Shown here piece by piece: positions 14,768-23,034 of a DNA stretch of 24,000 nucleotides. Source of the DNA: Bacillus phage PBC2; the sequence record KT070867.1, one strand, 5' to 3'. Below the pieces are notes generated by a model, which made no database searches, had not been told where the DNA came from, and saw nothing but the letters and a program-made list of their open reading frames with translations. The position numbers and the translations under genes were made by a program. Within the stretch, counting starts at the first letter, position 1. Every line of letters starts with the position of its first letter.

Positions 14768-14983
14768 ATGGGTCTAGGTAATTTTAAGTTTATGTTAAAA
14801 GAGGAACTTTGGAAATTTGAAGATGACCATTATACAGTTTTTGAAGCAACGCTACAAGAAGATGGGAATTATCTTGTAACATGGAAAACCGATATGAGCG
14901 AAGGAAAAGAACCTTACGAATCTCAATTGGTATATGCGTTAGTCGCAGATGGAGATTGGATTATTCAACAAGAAGAGGTGTAA
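14768..14983 (+). CDS. Small hypothetical protein
   Basis: AAAGGGGA RBS before ATG 14768; the listed start 14759 is a TTG. Confidence 0.65.
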   Translation: MGLGNFKFMLKEELWKFEDDHYTVFEATLQEDGNYLVTWKTDMSEGKEPYESQLVYALVADGDWIIQQEEV

Positions 14984-14986
14984 TAA

Positions 14987-15463
14987 ATGAAAGTTTACTT
15001 AGCAAACGGTTTATTCAGTACCGCAGAATACATGTATAACAAATTCTTAGGAATGGCGTTACGTCAACATATTCCTAATATAGACTTGTTTCTTCCGCAA
15101 GAAGCAGGCATTAATGACAAAAGCTCATATGCTGATTCACAGATGATTGCAGATTTAGATACGAAAGAGCTTTTATCATCTGACGTATTAGTTGCCGTTA
15201 TTGATGGTGCTGAAATTGATGCAGGAGTTGCAACAGAGATTGGTATTTTCTCTACAACAGGAAGACCAATTATTGGTGTGTATACAGACTGTAGACAGCA
15301 TGGAAGAGATAATGATGAAAAGATTGATGCTCTAATCAATGACGCAACAGAGAATCAGTTTATGTATCGCAATCTATTCACGGTTGGTGTAATTAAAAAG
15401 AATGGCGTTATCGTGAGCGATACAGAAGAATTAATAAAAGAATTAAAGAGATTAGGAGCATAA
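14987..15463 (+). CDS. Nucleoside 2-deoxyribosyltransferase-like protein
   Basis: KVYLANGLFS...; LLSSDVLVAVIDGAEIDAGVATEIGIF is the characteristic D-G...D.G...E.G pattern. Confidence 0.85.
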   Translation: MKVYLANGLFSTAEYMYNKFLGMALRQHIPNIDLFLPQEAGINDKSSYADSQMIADLDTKELLSSDVLVAVIDGAEIDAGVATEIGIFSTTGRPIIGVYTDCRQHGRDNDEKIDALINDATENQFMYRNLFTVGVIKKNGVIVSDTEELIKELKRLGA

Positions 15464-15469
15464 TATTAA

Positions 15470-17557
15470 ATGGCAAAATACATTGAACTAAACAATGAGG
15501 TAAAAAATCTAGTAGACGGATTTTACCAAATTGACAAAGACAAAGAAGCAGTGCGTGATTACTTCATTAGTCACGTTAATGAAAATACGGTATTCTTCCA
15601 CAACTTAAAAGAGAAATTAGATTACTTAGTTGAGAATGAATATTACGATGAAAAGATTTTAAATCAATATACATATCAGCAAATTAAAACAGTTTTTAAT
15701 ATTGCATATGGTAAGAAATTTAGATTCCCATCGTTTATGTCTGCATTTAAATTCTATAACAACTATGCGTTAAAGACTGATGATGGCAAGAAGTATTTAG
15801 AGCGTTATGAAGACCGAGTATCCATTAATGCTTTGTACTTAGCACAAGGGAATTACGAGAAAGCAAAAGCGCATGTACGTAATCTGATTAATCAAAACTA
15901 CCAACCTGCGACTCCAACATTCTTAAATGCAGGTCGTAAGCGTAGTGGACGAATGGTTTCATGTTTCTTACTAGATTGTCCAGATACTACAGAAGGTATC
16001 ATGTACATCGTACAATCATCTGCACAGCTATCACGATTCGGTGGTGGAGTTGGTCTTAACTTATCTAAACTACGTGCAAGCGGTGAACCAATTAAAGGTG
16101 TAGAAAATGCTTCCTCTGGTGTTGTTGGTGTTGCGAAATTATTAGAAGATACTTTCTCTCACTTCAATCAATTAGGACAGCGTAATGGTAGTGGTGTTGC
16201 GTATTTAAATATCTTCCATGATGATATTGAAGACTTCTTAGATACAAAACAAATCAACGTTGATGAGAAGAAACGTCTTAAAACGTTATCTATCGGTGTT
16301 ATTGCGCCAGATAAATTCTTTGAATTAGCAGAGAAAAATGAGCCATTCTTCGTATTTAAACCGTATTCTGTTTACAAGAAATATGGAGTACATTTAGATG
16401 AATTAGACATGAATGAGTGGTATGATAAATTAGTAAATGATAGAGATGTTAAGAAGCGTAAATTAGATGCACGTGATATGCTAACTACGATTGCTAAGAC
16501 TCAATTAGCATCTGGGTATCCATACTTCATGTATCGTGACAATGCAAACAGATTACATCACTTAGGAGATTTATCTACTATCAAGATGTCAAATCTTTGC
16601 ACAGAAATTTTCCAAGCTCAAACACCTTCTGATATTCAAGGATATCAAGGCGAAGATACATTTGGATACGATATCTCATGTAATCTAGGGTCTCTAAACC
16701 TTGTTAAATTAGTTGAGAATGGTATGGCAAAAGAAGCGATTCATCTTGCGATTGATGCTTTAACAACGGTTGCAGACGACACATCAATTGATGAAGTACC
16801 ATCTGTTAAAAAAGCAAATGATGACATGCATTCAATCGGTTTAGGCGGAATGAATTTACATGGTCTATTCGCTAAAAATGAGATTGTTTATGGTAGTGAA
16901 GAGTCCATTGACTTATCGAACGTTTTAGGAGCATTAATTCGATTCCACTCTTTAGAGCGCTCAATGCAGATTGCTAGAGAACGTGGTCGCACATTCAAGC
17001 ACTTCGATAAGAGTACATATGCAAAAGGTAAAGGATTAGAACAATACATCCACAACAGTCATGAACCTGTGACAGAGAAAGTTAAAGATGTGTTAAGAGG
17101 AATTGAGATTCCTACAATCGCAGATTGGGAGCAATTAATCCAAGACATCCAAATTTACGGATTATACCATGCATATTTAAATGCGATTGCACCAACTGGA
17201 AACATTAGTTATGTGCATTCAGCTACAAGTGGTTTAATGCCAATCACAGAGCATGTAGAGACACGTGTGTATGGAGATTCTACTACTCACTATCCAATGC
17301 CTTATCTGAATCGTGATACCTTCTGGTACTACACAACAGCTTATGATATGGATATGTATGATATGATTGATGTAATTGCCACATGGCAACGTCATATCGA
17401 CCAAGGTATTAGTTGTACGCTATTTGTTAACAGCGATATTGCAACGAATGAGTTAGCTAGATACTACATCTATGCTCACAAAAAAGGTTTAAAGAGCTTG
17501 TACTACACAAGAACTAAAAACCTAAATGCTGAAGACTGCATTAGCTGTACAATTTAA
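15470..17557 (+). CDS. nrdE: Class Ib ribonucleotide reductase alpha subunit
   Basis: GRMVSCFLLDCPDTTEGI, RFGGGVGLNLSKLRA, SNLCTEIFQ, CNLGSLNL, APTGNISY, LYYTRT and C-terminal CISC. Confidence 0.97.
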   Translation: MAKYIELNNEVKNLVDGFYQIDKDKEAVRDYFISHVNENTVFFHNLKEKLDYLVENEYYDEKILNQYTYQQIKTVFNIAYGKKFRFPSFMSAFKFYNNYALKTDDGKKYLERYEDRVSINALYLAQGNYEKAKAHVRNLINQNYQPATPTFLNAGRKRSGRMVSCFLLDCPDTTEGIMYIVQSSAQLSRFGGGVGLNLSKLRASGEPIKGVENASSGVVGVAKLLEDTFSHFNQLGQRNGSGVAYLNIFHDDIEDFLDTKQINVDEKKRLKTLSIGVIAPDKFFELAEKNEPFFVFKPYSVYKKYGVHLDELDMNEWYDKLVNDRDVKKRKLDARDMLTTIAKTQLASGYPYFMYRDNANRLHHLGDLSTIKMSNLCTEIFQAQTPSDIQGYQGEDTFGYDISCNLGSLNLVKLVENGMAKEAIHLAIDALTTVADDTSIDEVPSVKKANDDMHSIGLGGMNLHGLFAKNEIVYGSEESIDLSNVLGALIRFHSLERSMQIARERGRTFKHFDKSTYAKGKGLEQYIHNSHEPVTEKVKDVLRGIEIPTIADWEQLIQDIQIYGLYHAYLNAIAPTGNISYVHSATSGLMPITEHVETRVYGDSTTHYPMPYLNRDTFWYYTTAYDMDMYDMIDVIATWQRHIDQGISCTLFVNSDIATNELARYYIYAHKKGLKSLYYTRTKNLNAEDCISCTI

Positions 17558-17573
17558 GGAGGATATATACATA

Positions 17574-18638
17574 ATGGATTTTAACAGTTTAAAATTTAGC
17601 AACGAACAACTTAGAGAACAAATCGAAAAACTACATGGTGCAAGAAATTCCTTGCACGATGCAGTTAACTGGAATGAAGAGGAAGATGATTTTACGCAGA
17701 AATTCTGGGAGCAAAATATCAGTCAGTTTTGGATTGATACAGAATTTACTCCTACGAAAGATGCAAAAGTATGGAAGTCTCTTGACCCAAAATGGAAGGA
17801 CGTATATCGCAAAGTGCTTGGCGGTCTTACTCTATTAGATACTAAGCAAGGAAATATCGGTATGCCATGTATTGCAGGGTTTGTTAAAGGTAATCAGCGT
17901 AAAGCGGTGCTTTCATTCATGGGAACAATGGAAGAGATTCACGCAAAATCTTATTCTACAATCTTTACAACTCTATTAAACGGATTAGAAATTGATGAGG
18001 TGTTTGAGTGGGTGCAAGAGAATCCATTCCTACAGCATAAAGCAAACATCATCACAAGTTATTACAATAACATTACTGATGATTACAGCTTGTATATGGC
18101 TATGGTCGCATCTGTATTCCTTGAGTCATTCTTATTCTATTCTGGATTCTTCTTCCCACTGTATCTAGCAGGCGGTGGCGGTGCAGAAGATGGCAAAGGT
18201 AGAATGGTAGCATCTGGTGAGATTATTAATCTTATCGTGCGTGACGAAAGCATTCACGGAGTCTATGTTGGTAAACTAGCACAAGAAATCTTTGAAAAGT
18301 TTACACCAGAAGAGCAAGAGAAAGCTAGAAACGAAGTTTATAACTTGATGTACTTATTAATGGCGAATGAGTTTAAGTATACAGAAGATGTATATTCAGA
18401 CATTAACTTAGACCATGAAGTAAAAGACTTCTTATATTACAACGGTAACAAAGCATTGCAAAACTTAGGTCTAGAGAGCGCATTCCCAGAGAAGCGTATT
18501 AACCCTATCGTTTTAAACGGTCTTAGCACGTCTACAAAGACGCATGACTTCTTCTCTACTAAGGGAAATGGTTACATCAAGACTGTGAATGTCAAGCCTT
18601 TAACTGACAACGATTTTATTTTCGACAGATTAAATTAA
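17574..18638 (+). CDS. nrdF: Class Ib ribonucleotide reductase beta subunit
   Basis: GGLTLLDTKQGNIG, EEIHAKSYSTIF and EIINLIVRDESIHG metal-ligand motifs; AAGGAGG RBS; start corrected from 17526 to 17574. Confidence 0.96.
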   Translation: MDFNSLKFSNEQLREQIEKLHGARNSLHDAVNWNEEEDDFTQKFWEQNISQFWIDTEFTPTKDAKVWKSLDPKWKDVYRKVLGGLTLLDTKQGNIGMPCIAGFVKGNQRKAVLSFMGTMEEIHAKSYSTIFTTLLNGLEIDEVFEWVQENPFLQHKANIITSYYNNITDDYSLYMAMVASVFLESFLFYSGFFFPLYLAGGGGAEDGKGRMVASGEIINLIVRDESIHGVYVGKLAQEIFEKFTPEEQEKARNEVYNLMYLLMANEFKYTEDVYSDINLDHEVKDFLYYNGNKALQNLGLESAFPEKRINPIVLNGLSTSTKTHDFFSTKGNGYIKTVNVKPLTDNDFIFDRLN

Positions 18639-18641
18639 TTG

Positions 18642-18670
18642 TTGACAAAAGCAAAAAATAATTATATAAT
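18642..18670 (+). promoter_or_regulatory. SigmaA-like promoter TTGACA-N17-TATAAT
   Basis: Spacer AAAGCAAAAAATAATTA. Confidence 0.95.
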
Positions 18671-18672
18671 GA

Positions 18673-18698
18673 GTAGGCAGGGTTGAGTTCCTGTCTAC
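18673..18698 (+). promoter_or_regulatory. Inverted repeat at the predicted transcription start
   Basis: GTAGGCAGG-gttgagtt-CCTGTCTAC: 9 pairs with one G-U. Confidence 0.75.
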
Positions 18699-18721
18699 TA
18701 CATAACTAGGAGAGATATTAA

Positions 18722-19033
18722 ATGGCAAAATTATTTAAATTAGAAAAATCAAACTGTGTGCCTTGTCGAAATGCGGATGCAACATTGAAAGAGTATTTCG
18801 ATGTTGAGCTTTCAAAGGATGAGAAAATCAATATGAATATGAATCCTCAAATTGCCCAAAAGTTAGGCATTATGAGTGCGCCAACATTCTTACTATTAAG
18901 TGAAGATGTGGATGCAGAGGATTTAAAGAAAATGACTAAAGAAGAAATTGAGGAAATGACAATCACTATGTATAGTGGTGCAGGACTTTCTAAGCTTGCT
19001 GAAATCCTCAAACAAGCAGGAAAAATTCAATAA
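18722..19033 (+). CDS. Thioredoxin/glutaredoxin-like protein (CVPC motif)
   Basis: FKLEKSNCVPCRNADATLKEYF, cis-Pro region GIMSAPTFLLL; follows nrdEF. Confidence 0.88.
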   Translation: MAKLFKLEKSNCVPCRNADATLKEYFDVELSKDEKINMNMNPQIAQKLGIMSAPTFLLLSEDVDAEDLKKMTKEEIEEMTITMYSGAGLSKLAEILKQAGKIQ

Positions 19034-19048
19034 AAAGGAGAATAGCTA

Positions 19049-19411
19049 ATGTATAAGAGCGAGAAACAAAGACTTGTAAGTAAGCGTGAACAGATTTTAA
19101 ATGTATTACGGTCAGCAGGTAGTAAAGGAGTTACAAATGCAGAACTTTCTGTAACTGCACTTCGTTATGGAGGGTCTCTAGGAGAGCTTTACAAGCTAGG
19201 TTATGAGATTGAAACAGAATCATTAGGTGATGGATTATATAAGTATACTCTAGTTTCAGAGCCAGAGACATTAGTTAAACGTGAAAAAGCGATTGACCTA
19301 TTGTTGAAAGAAGTAGAGAAACAAGGAATGGTGAGTAAAAACGATTTGCTTGCCATTCTTGAGAATAAGAATATTGCAGTTAAGTATAAAGCTAATACAT
19401 ATAAGTCTTGA
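19049..19411 (+). CDS. Hypothetical protein with winged-helix-like character
   Basis: KREQILNVLRSAGSKGVTNAELSVTALRYGGSLGELYKLGYEIE. Confidence 0.6.
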   Translation: MYKSEKQRLVSKREQILNVLRSAGSKGVTNAELSVTALRYGGSLGELYKLGYEIETESLGDGLYKYTLVSEPETLVKREKAIDLLLKEVEKQGMVSKNDLLAILENKNIAVKYKANTYKS

Positions 19412-19436
19412 CAAGTGCAAAAAATAATAGTATAAT
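19408..19436 (+). promoter_or_regulatory. SigmaA-like promoter TTGACA-N17-TATAAT overlapping the upstream stop
   Basis: Spacer AGTGCAAAAAATAATAG. Confidence 0.93.
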
Positions 19437-19469
19437 AGTATTATAAAATACATAAACCAAAGGGGATTA

Positions 19470-20279
19470 ATGAACATGGAAAAGAAAGCAAAACGTTTTT
19501 ACAAAGTAAATGAAGTAGTATGGGTTATCGCAGAAAAACAAGAAGGAAAAATCTTGTCTATTGACAAAGAAAAAGTCGAAGCAGTAGTTGATGTGGCAGG
19601 TAAAGAAGTAACGGTTAAACTGTGGGAAATTGACAAATTGAAATATAAAGCTAAAGACAAATTCTTTAAAGACAATCCAGAGAAAGCTAAGAAAGCTAAA
19701 ACATCTGATAAATTAGATGTAGCAGAATTACATAAGCAAGTACAAGAGTTGCGAAAGTTAATTATGCATCCAGAAGTATATTTTGCAAAGGTACGACCAG
19801 AGGGAGTTATCCCTACTAAGCGTAAAGAAGATGCAGGTTGGGACTTTTACGCTTGCGTAGAGCCTAAAGAGATTGATGGTGAAGATGTATATGAAATCTT
19901 ACTACCTGCATTTAAAACGACTTTAGTACCTACAGGTGTGGCATCGGCATTGCCTACAACTCACTATCTAAACACTAAGCATGAGCGTGGGTCAACTGCG
20001 AAGCCTGCTATGTCAGTGTTAGCAGGTGTAATTGATTCTGGTTATCGTGGAGAGATTTTCTTAGCTCTTACCCCTTTACATAAAGATGTGTTAATTACTA
20101 GTGAAGTAGATGCAGTAGAGCACCATGAGAATATGATTCTTTACCCATACTCAAAGGGAGTAGCCCAAGGCACAATTGATTTAGTTGTTGAGCCAATCGT
20201 GAAAGAAATTTCATTTAAAGAATTACAATCAATTGAATCAGAGCGTGGAGATACAAAGTTAGGTCAAAGCGGTAAATAA
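19470..20279 (+). CDS. dut: Trimeric dUTPase with an additional N-terminal KOW/SH3-like region
   Basis: KEDAGWDFYA, HERGSTA, GVIDSGYRGEI and RGDTKLGQSGK correspond to dUTPase motifs; N-terminal EVVWVIAEKQEGKILSIDKEKVEAVVDVAGKEVTVKLWEIDKL is extra. Confidence 0.9.
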   Translation: MNMEKKAKRFYKVNEVVWVIAEKQEGKILSIDKEKVEAVVDVAGKEVTVKLWEIDKLKYKAKDKFFKDNPEKAKKAKTSDKLDVAELHKQVQELRKLIMHPEVYFAKVRPEGVIPTKRKEDAGWDFYACVEPKEIDGEDVYEILLPAFKTTLVPTGVASALPTTHYLNTKHERGSTAKPAMSVLAGVIDSGYRGEIFLALTPLHKDVLITSEVDAVEHHENMILYPYSKGVAQGTIDLVVEPIVKEISFKELQSIESERGDTKLGQSGK

Positions 20280-20282
20280 TTT

Positions 20283-20313
20283 AAGAAGAGAAGAAATTCT
20301 CTTCTTTCTTTTT
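20283..20313 (+). terminator. Rho-independent terminator
   Basis: AAGAAGAGAA-GAAA-TTCTCTTCTT followed by TCTTTTTT. Confidence 0.93.
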
Positions 20314-20319
20314 TATCTG

Positions 20320-20348
20320 TTGACAAGCGCAAAAGTTAATGATAGAAT
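20320..20348 (+). promoter_or_regulatory. SigmaA-like promoter TTGACA-N17-TAGAAT
   Basis: Spacer AGCGCAAAAGTTAATGA; follows a terminator. Confidence 0.88.
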
Positions 20349-20378
20349 CATAGTATATCAAATAAAAGGAGTGTTATT

Positions 20379-20681
20379 ATGGAAGAGAGAAAGATAGAAG
20401 CTATTGAGGTTGGCGGTCACAATGTGTTTCACAGTGCAGAAGACGTAGGCAAGAATCTTGATGTTTGGGATAAAGAATTAAAAATTGATGACGATAAGAC
20501 ATTGGAACAAGTAATCAAAGAAGTTGCGTTGCAAGAAGGTATTTCAGAAGATGAAGTTAGAAAACATCTTAAACTATTCCAAGATTCAATGCGTGCGCCA
20601 AAGTCAAAAACAAAGAAAGAAAAAGCTAAAGCAAAATCGAAGCGCAAGATGGCTAAGAAATCTAAAAAGAAAAATCGTTAA
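20379..20681 (+). CDS. Hypothetical protein with a very basic Lys-rich C-terminal tail
   Basis: AAAGGAG RBS; tail KSKTKKEKAKAKSKRKMAKKSKKKNR. Confidence 0.75.
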   Translation: MEERKIEAIEVGGHNVFHSAEDVGKNLDVWDKELKIDDDKTLEQVIKEVALQEGISEDEVRKHLKLFQDSMRAPKSKTKKEKAKAKSKRKMAKKSKKKNR

Positions 20682-20687
20682 AGCTTA

Positions 20688-20716
20688 TTGACAAAAGCAA
20701 ATGATAATTATATAAT
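20688..20716 (+). promoter_or_regulatory. SigmaA-like promoter TTGACA-N17-TATAAT
   Basis: Spacer AAAGCAAATGATAATTA. Confidence 0.95.
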
Positions 20717-20737
20717 GTAATCATAGGAGGTGAAAAT

Positions 20738-21451
20738 GTGGATTACGAATTATTACATAAACTATATATTGAAGACAAAAAGACCTCAAGAGAAATAGCA
20801 AAAGAGTTGGGAGTCAGTCAGAGTCCAATATTAAGGAAATTAAAAGAGTACGGTTTGACGCCAGAAATGCAATTAAATAGTTATTCTATTAATAAAAGCC
20901 AACATGATTTAATTATCGGCTCTATTTTAGGAGATGCAAGCTTTGGGGGTGGAGTTAATAAGTATATAGAGTTTTCTCATGCAGAATACCAAAAAGACTA
21001 TTTGATTAATAAGTTTCAAATAATGAAAGATATTTGCAAATGTGAAGATGTGACTATTAAGAAGAGTAAAGGAGCTAGACAGGATATTTACAGATTTACA
21101 ACAAGACAACTTCCTGTTTTAAATCAGTATTATCAAATGAGTTTAAATGAATTGATTGATAATATAAATGAAAATAGTTTCACTATATGGTTAGGTGACG
21201 ATGGAGATTTGAGAGGTAAGTCGTACAGGTTGGCAATGGCAAGATTTAATATTGATGAGATGAATTATATCCAAGAATCATTAATAAATAAATTCAATTT
21301 AAATTCATCTATAGCTAAAGATAAAACACAGAAATATGGACATCATGGATTATACTTTAATATAAATGAGAGCATAAAAATATCATCTATTATCAAGTCT
21401 TCGTCTTTCTATGAGCTATTTCAAAATTCACTAAATTATAAATTAACATAA
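20738..21451 (+). CDS. Free-standing LAGLIDADG homing endonuclease with N-terminal HTH (GTG start)
   Basis: IIGSILGDASFGGG...IEFSHAEYQKDYLINK and FTIWLGDDGDLRGKSYRLAM; SREIAKELGVSQSPILRKLKEYGL is a helix-turn-helix. Confidence 0.87.
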   Translation: MDYELLHKLYIEDKKTSREIAKELGVSQSPILRKLKEYGLTPEMQLNSYSINKSQHDLIIGSILGDASFGGGVNKYIEFSHAEYQKDYLINKFQIMKDICKCEDVTIKKSKGARQDIYRFTTRQLPVLNQYYQMSLNELIDNINENSFTIWLGDDGDLRGKSYRLAMARFNIDEMNYIQESLINKFNLNSSIAKDKTQKYGHHGLYFNINESIKISSIIKSSSFYELFQNSLNYKLT

Positions 21452-21465
21452 AGGTTGGTGCGCAA

Positions 21466-21750
21466 ATGAGGTTTCTGCATAAGTTAAATAATAAATCTAA
21501 AAAATTAGCAAAAAAATTCTTTATTGAAACAAAGTTTGGGATTTGGTTGATGGCAAGTATGGCTATGCTAAATGCAGTAGAGGGGATTATTCATTTAGTG
21601 GTAGCACTGATTGGAGGTTATGGAGCAGTTGACATTAATGTGTATGACTTCCGAGTATGGATGCCAATCATTGAAAACTTCATTTTAGGAATTTTCTCAA
21701 TCTTGACTGGATGGGCGCTTGGAATAAAACATGACCATCACAATCACTAG
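21466..21750 (+). CDS. Small membrane protein
   Basis: Hydrophobic segments ASMAMLNAVEGIIHLVVALIGG and FILGIFSILTGWALGI. Confidence 0.7.
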   Translation: MRFLHKLNNKSKKLAKKFFIETKFGIWLMASMAMLNAVEGIIHLVVALIGGYGAVDINVYDFRVWMPIIENFILGIFSILTGWALGIKHDHHNH

Positions 21751-21761
21751 GAGGTGTCAGA

Positions 21762-22031
21762 ATGGCATACATGTACATTATGGGATTTATATCATGGGCG
21801 ATTATGATATTTATGCTCACAGGATTTATGGTGTCACAGATGTTTGAATCCGACTTGCGAAAAGAAGATTTGTCAGATGATGAGAGAATGAAGATAGAAA
21901 CCGTCATGATGTCATTCTGGGACGCTAAGTTTTCTGGAAAGGTGTATTGGTTATTAAGTATTGGAACACAGATATGGGCGATATTATTATCGCCACTATT
22001 AGACAAATTACAACGTAAGAAGGATGAGTGA
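21762..22031 (+). CDS. Small membrane protein
   Basis: YIMGFISWAIMIFMLTGFMV and VYWLLSIGTQIWAILLSPLL; RBS AGGAGGTG. Confidence 0.7.
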   Translation: MAYMYIMGFISWAIMIFMLTGFMVSQMFESDLRKEDLSDDERMKIETVMMSFWDAKFSGKVYWLLSIGTQIWAILLSPLLDKLQRKKDE

Positions 22032-22032
22032 C

Positions 22033-22203
22033 ATGGTAGTAAAAATCGTACTAGAGATATTTTTCTTAGCACTAAGCTCTTACATGCTCTATATTGATAG
22101 AGATGGGAGCAGGCGAATTACAACATTATGGTCAATATTGATTATTTACTTTTTATCTTGGATACTAGCAGATTCTTACATTTTAATTGGAGGTAGAATT
22201 TAA
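22033..22203 (+). CDS. Small membrane protein, 56 aa, absent from the ORF track
   Basis: MVVKIVLEIFFLALSSYMLYIDRDGSRRITTLWSILIIYFLSWILADSYILIGGRI; TAATG overlap with gmk. Confidence 0.6.
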   Translation: MVVKIVLEIFFLALSSYMLYIDRDGSRRITTLWSILIIYFLSWILADSYILIGGRI

Positions 22204-22754
22204 TGACATTATTCTTAATTACCGCACCAAGCGGAGCAGGAAAAACAAGTATCATGCACGCACTAAATACTTATATGGGTGAAGGTGTTTTAAGCGAATG
22301 TGTATCTCATACAACACGACCTATGAGAGAAGGAGAAGTAGATGGAGAATCGTATTACTTCACAGATGAACAGACTTTCAAAGATGGTATAGTATTGGAA
22401 GCCTTTGCAGAAACGGTAAAGTACGATGGTCATTTATATGGAATTTCAAAAAGTGAAATTGATTACAAAGATACTAGACACGCATACATAATTGTTAATT
22501 ACGATGGTTATAAGCAAGTTAAAAAAGTCTATCCAGATGCAGTTGGCATATTCCTATACATGTCAAAAGAGGACTGCATGATAAGCATGCTAGAGCGTGG
22601 AGACTCAATTGAGAAAGCATTATCAAGAATCGAATTATACGATGATGAAATTAAGGATAAACACGATTTTGATTATGTTGTAAAGAATGTTAGAGGAAAG
22701 TTTCATGAAACAAAAAATATAGTTGCTCATATCATTGGGCAATATGGAGTGTGA
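22203..22754 (+). CDS. gmk: Guanylate kinase-like protein
   Basis: LFLITAPSGAGKTSIM P-loop, SHTTRPMREGEVDGESYYF and YGISKSEI; GGAGG RBS. Confidence 0.92.
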   Translation: MTLFLITAPSGAGKTSIMHALNTYMGEGVLSECVSHTTRPMREGEVDGESYYFTDEQTFKDGIVLEAFAETVKYDGHLYGISKSEIDYKDTRHAYIIVNYDGYKQVKKVYPDAVGIFLYMSKEDCMISMLERGDSIEKALSRIELYDDEIKDKHDFDYVVKNVRGKFHETKNIVAHIIGQYGV

Positions 22755-22756
22755 TA

Positions 22757-23023
22757 ATGATGGGAGTAGTTAATAAGCCTACAATGACAATTAAAAAGTC
22801 TGGAACACCAACGCCAAGACCTAGAATACAGTTGCCAGAGAATAATAAGGCAGTATTGTTAAATCGTGAAGCACGCCTATTTATCTATGAGCAGTTAAGT
22901 GCTAGAAAACAGCAATTAGTAAGTGATTTGGATTATTACATGAAAGAAGGCACTACAGACGATGTTTTACGAGTGTCTAGTTTGATAAACAAGATTCAAG
23001 AACATATGGATAAATTATTATAG
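22757..23023 (+). CDS. Small hypothetical protein
   Basis: ORF overlapping/adjacent to gmk; start uncertain (22751 GTG, 22757 or 22760 ATG). Confidence 0.6.
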   Translation: MMGVVNKPTMTIKKSGTPTPRPRIQLPENNKAVLLNREARLFIYEQLSARKQQLVSDLDYYMKEGTTDDVLRVSSLINKIQEHMDKLL

Positions 23024-23034
23024 GGGGAAATCAA

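Noticed and set aside
714-17838. Overlapping + strand ORFs 714..896, 6513..6749, 10944..11204 and 17635..17838
   Set aside because: Each is nested in another frame of a better-supported gene or overlaps a terminator/promoter; no domain evidence.
7763-21451. Group I intron or intein interrupting nrdE, the topoisomerase genes or other core genes
   Set aside because: NrdE, NrdF and both topoisomerase subunits read through continuously with motifs in order; both endonucleases are free-standing between genes.
793-22072. Long ORFs on the minus strand (for example 793..1170, 1629..1928, 3733..3927, 4573..4767, 5614..5913, 9441..9671, 11245..11598, 15064..15339, 20429..20647, 21680..22072)
   Set aside because: All are antisense to supported + strand genes, lack placed ribosome sites and recognisable domains, and fit AT-rich antisense openness.
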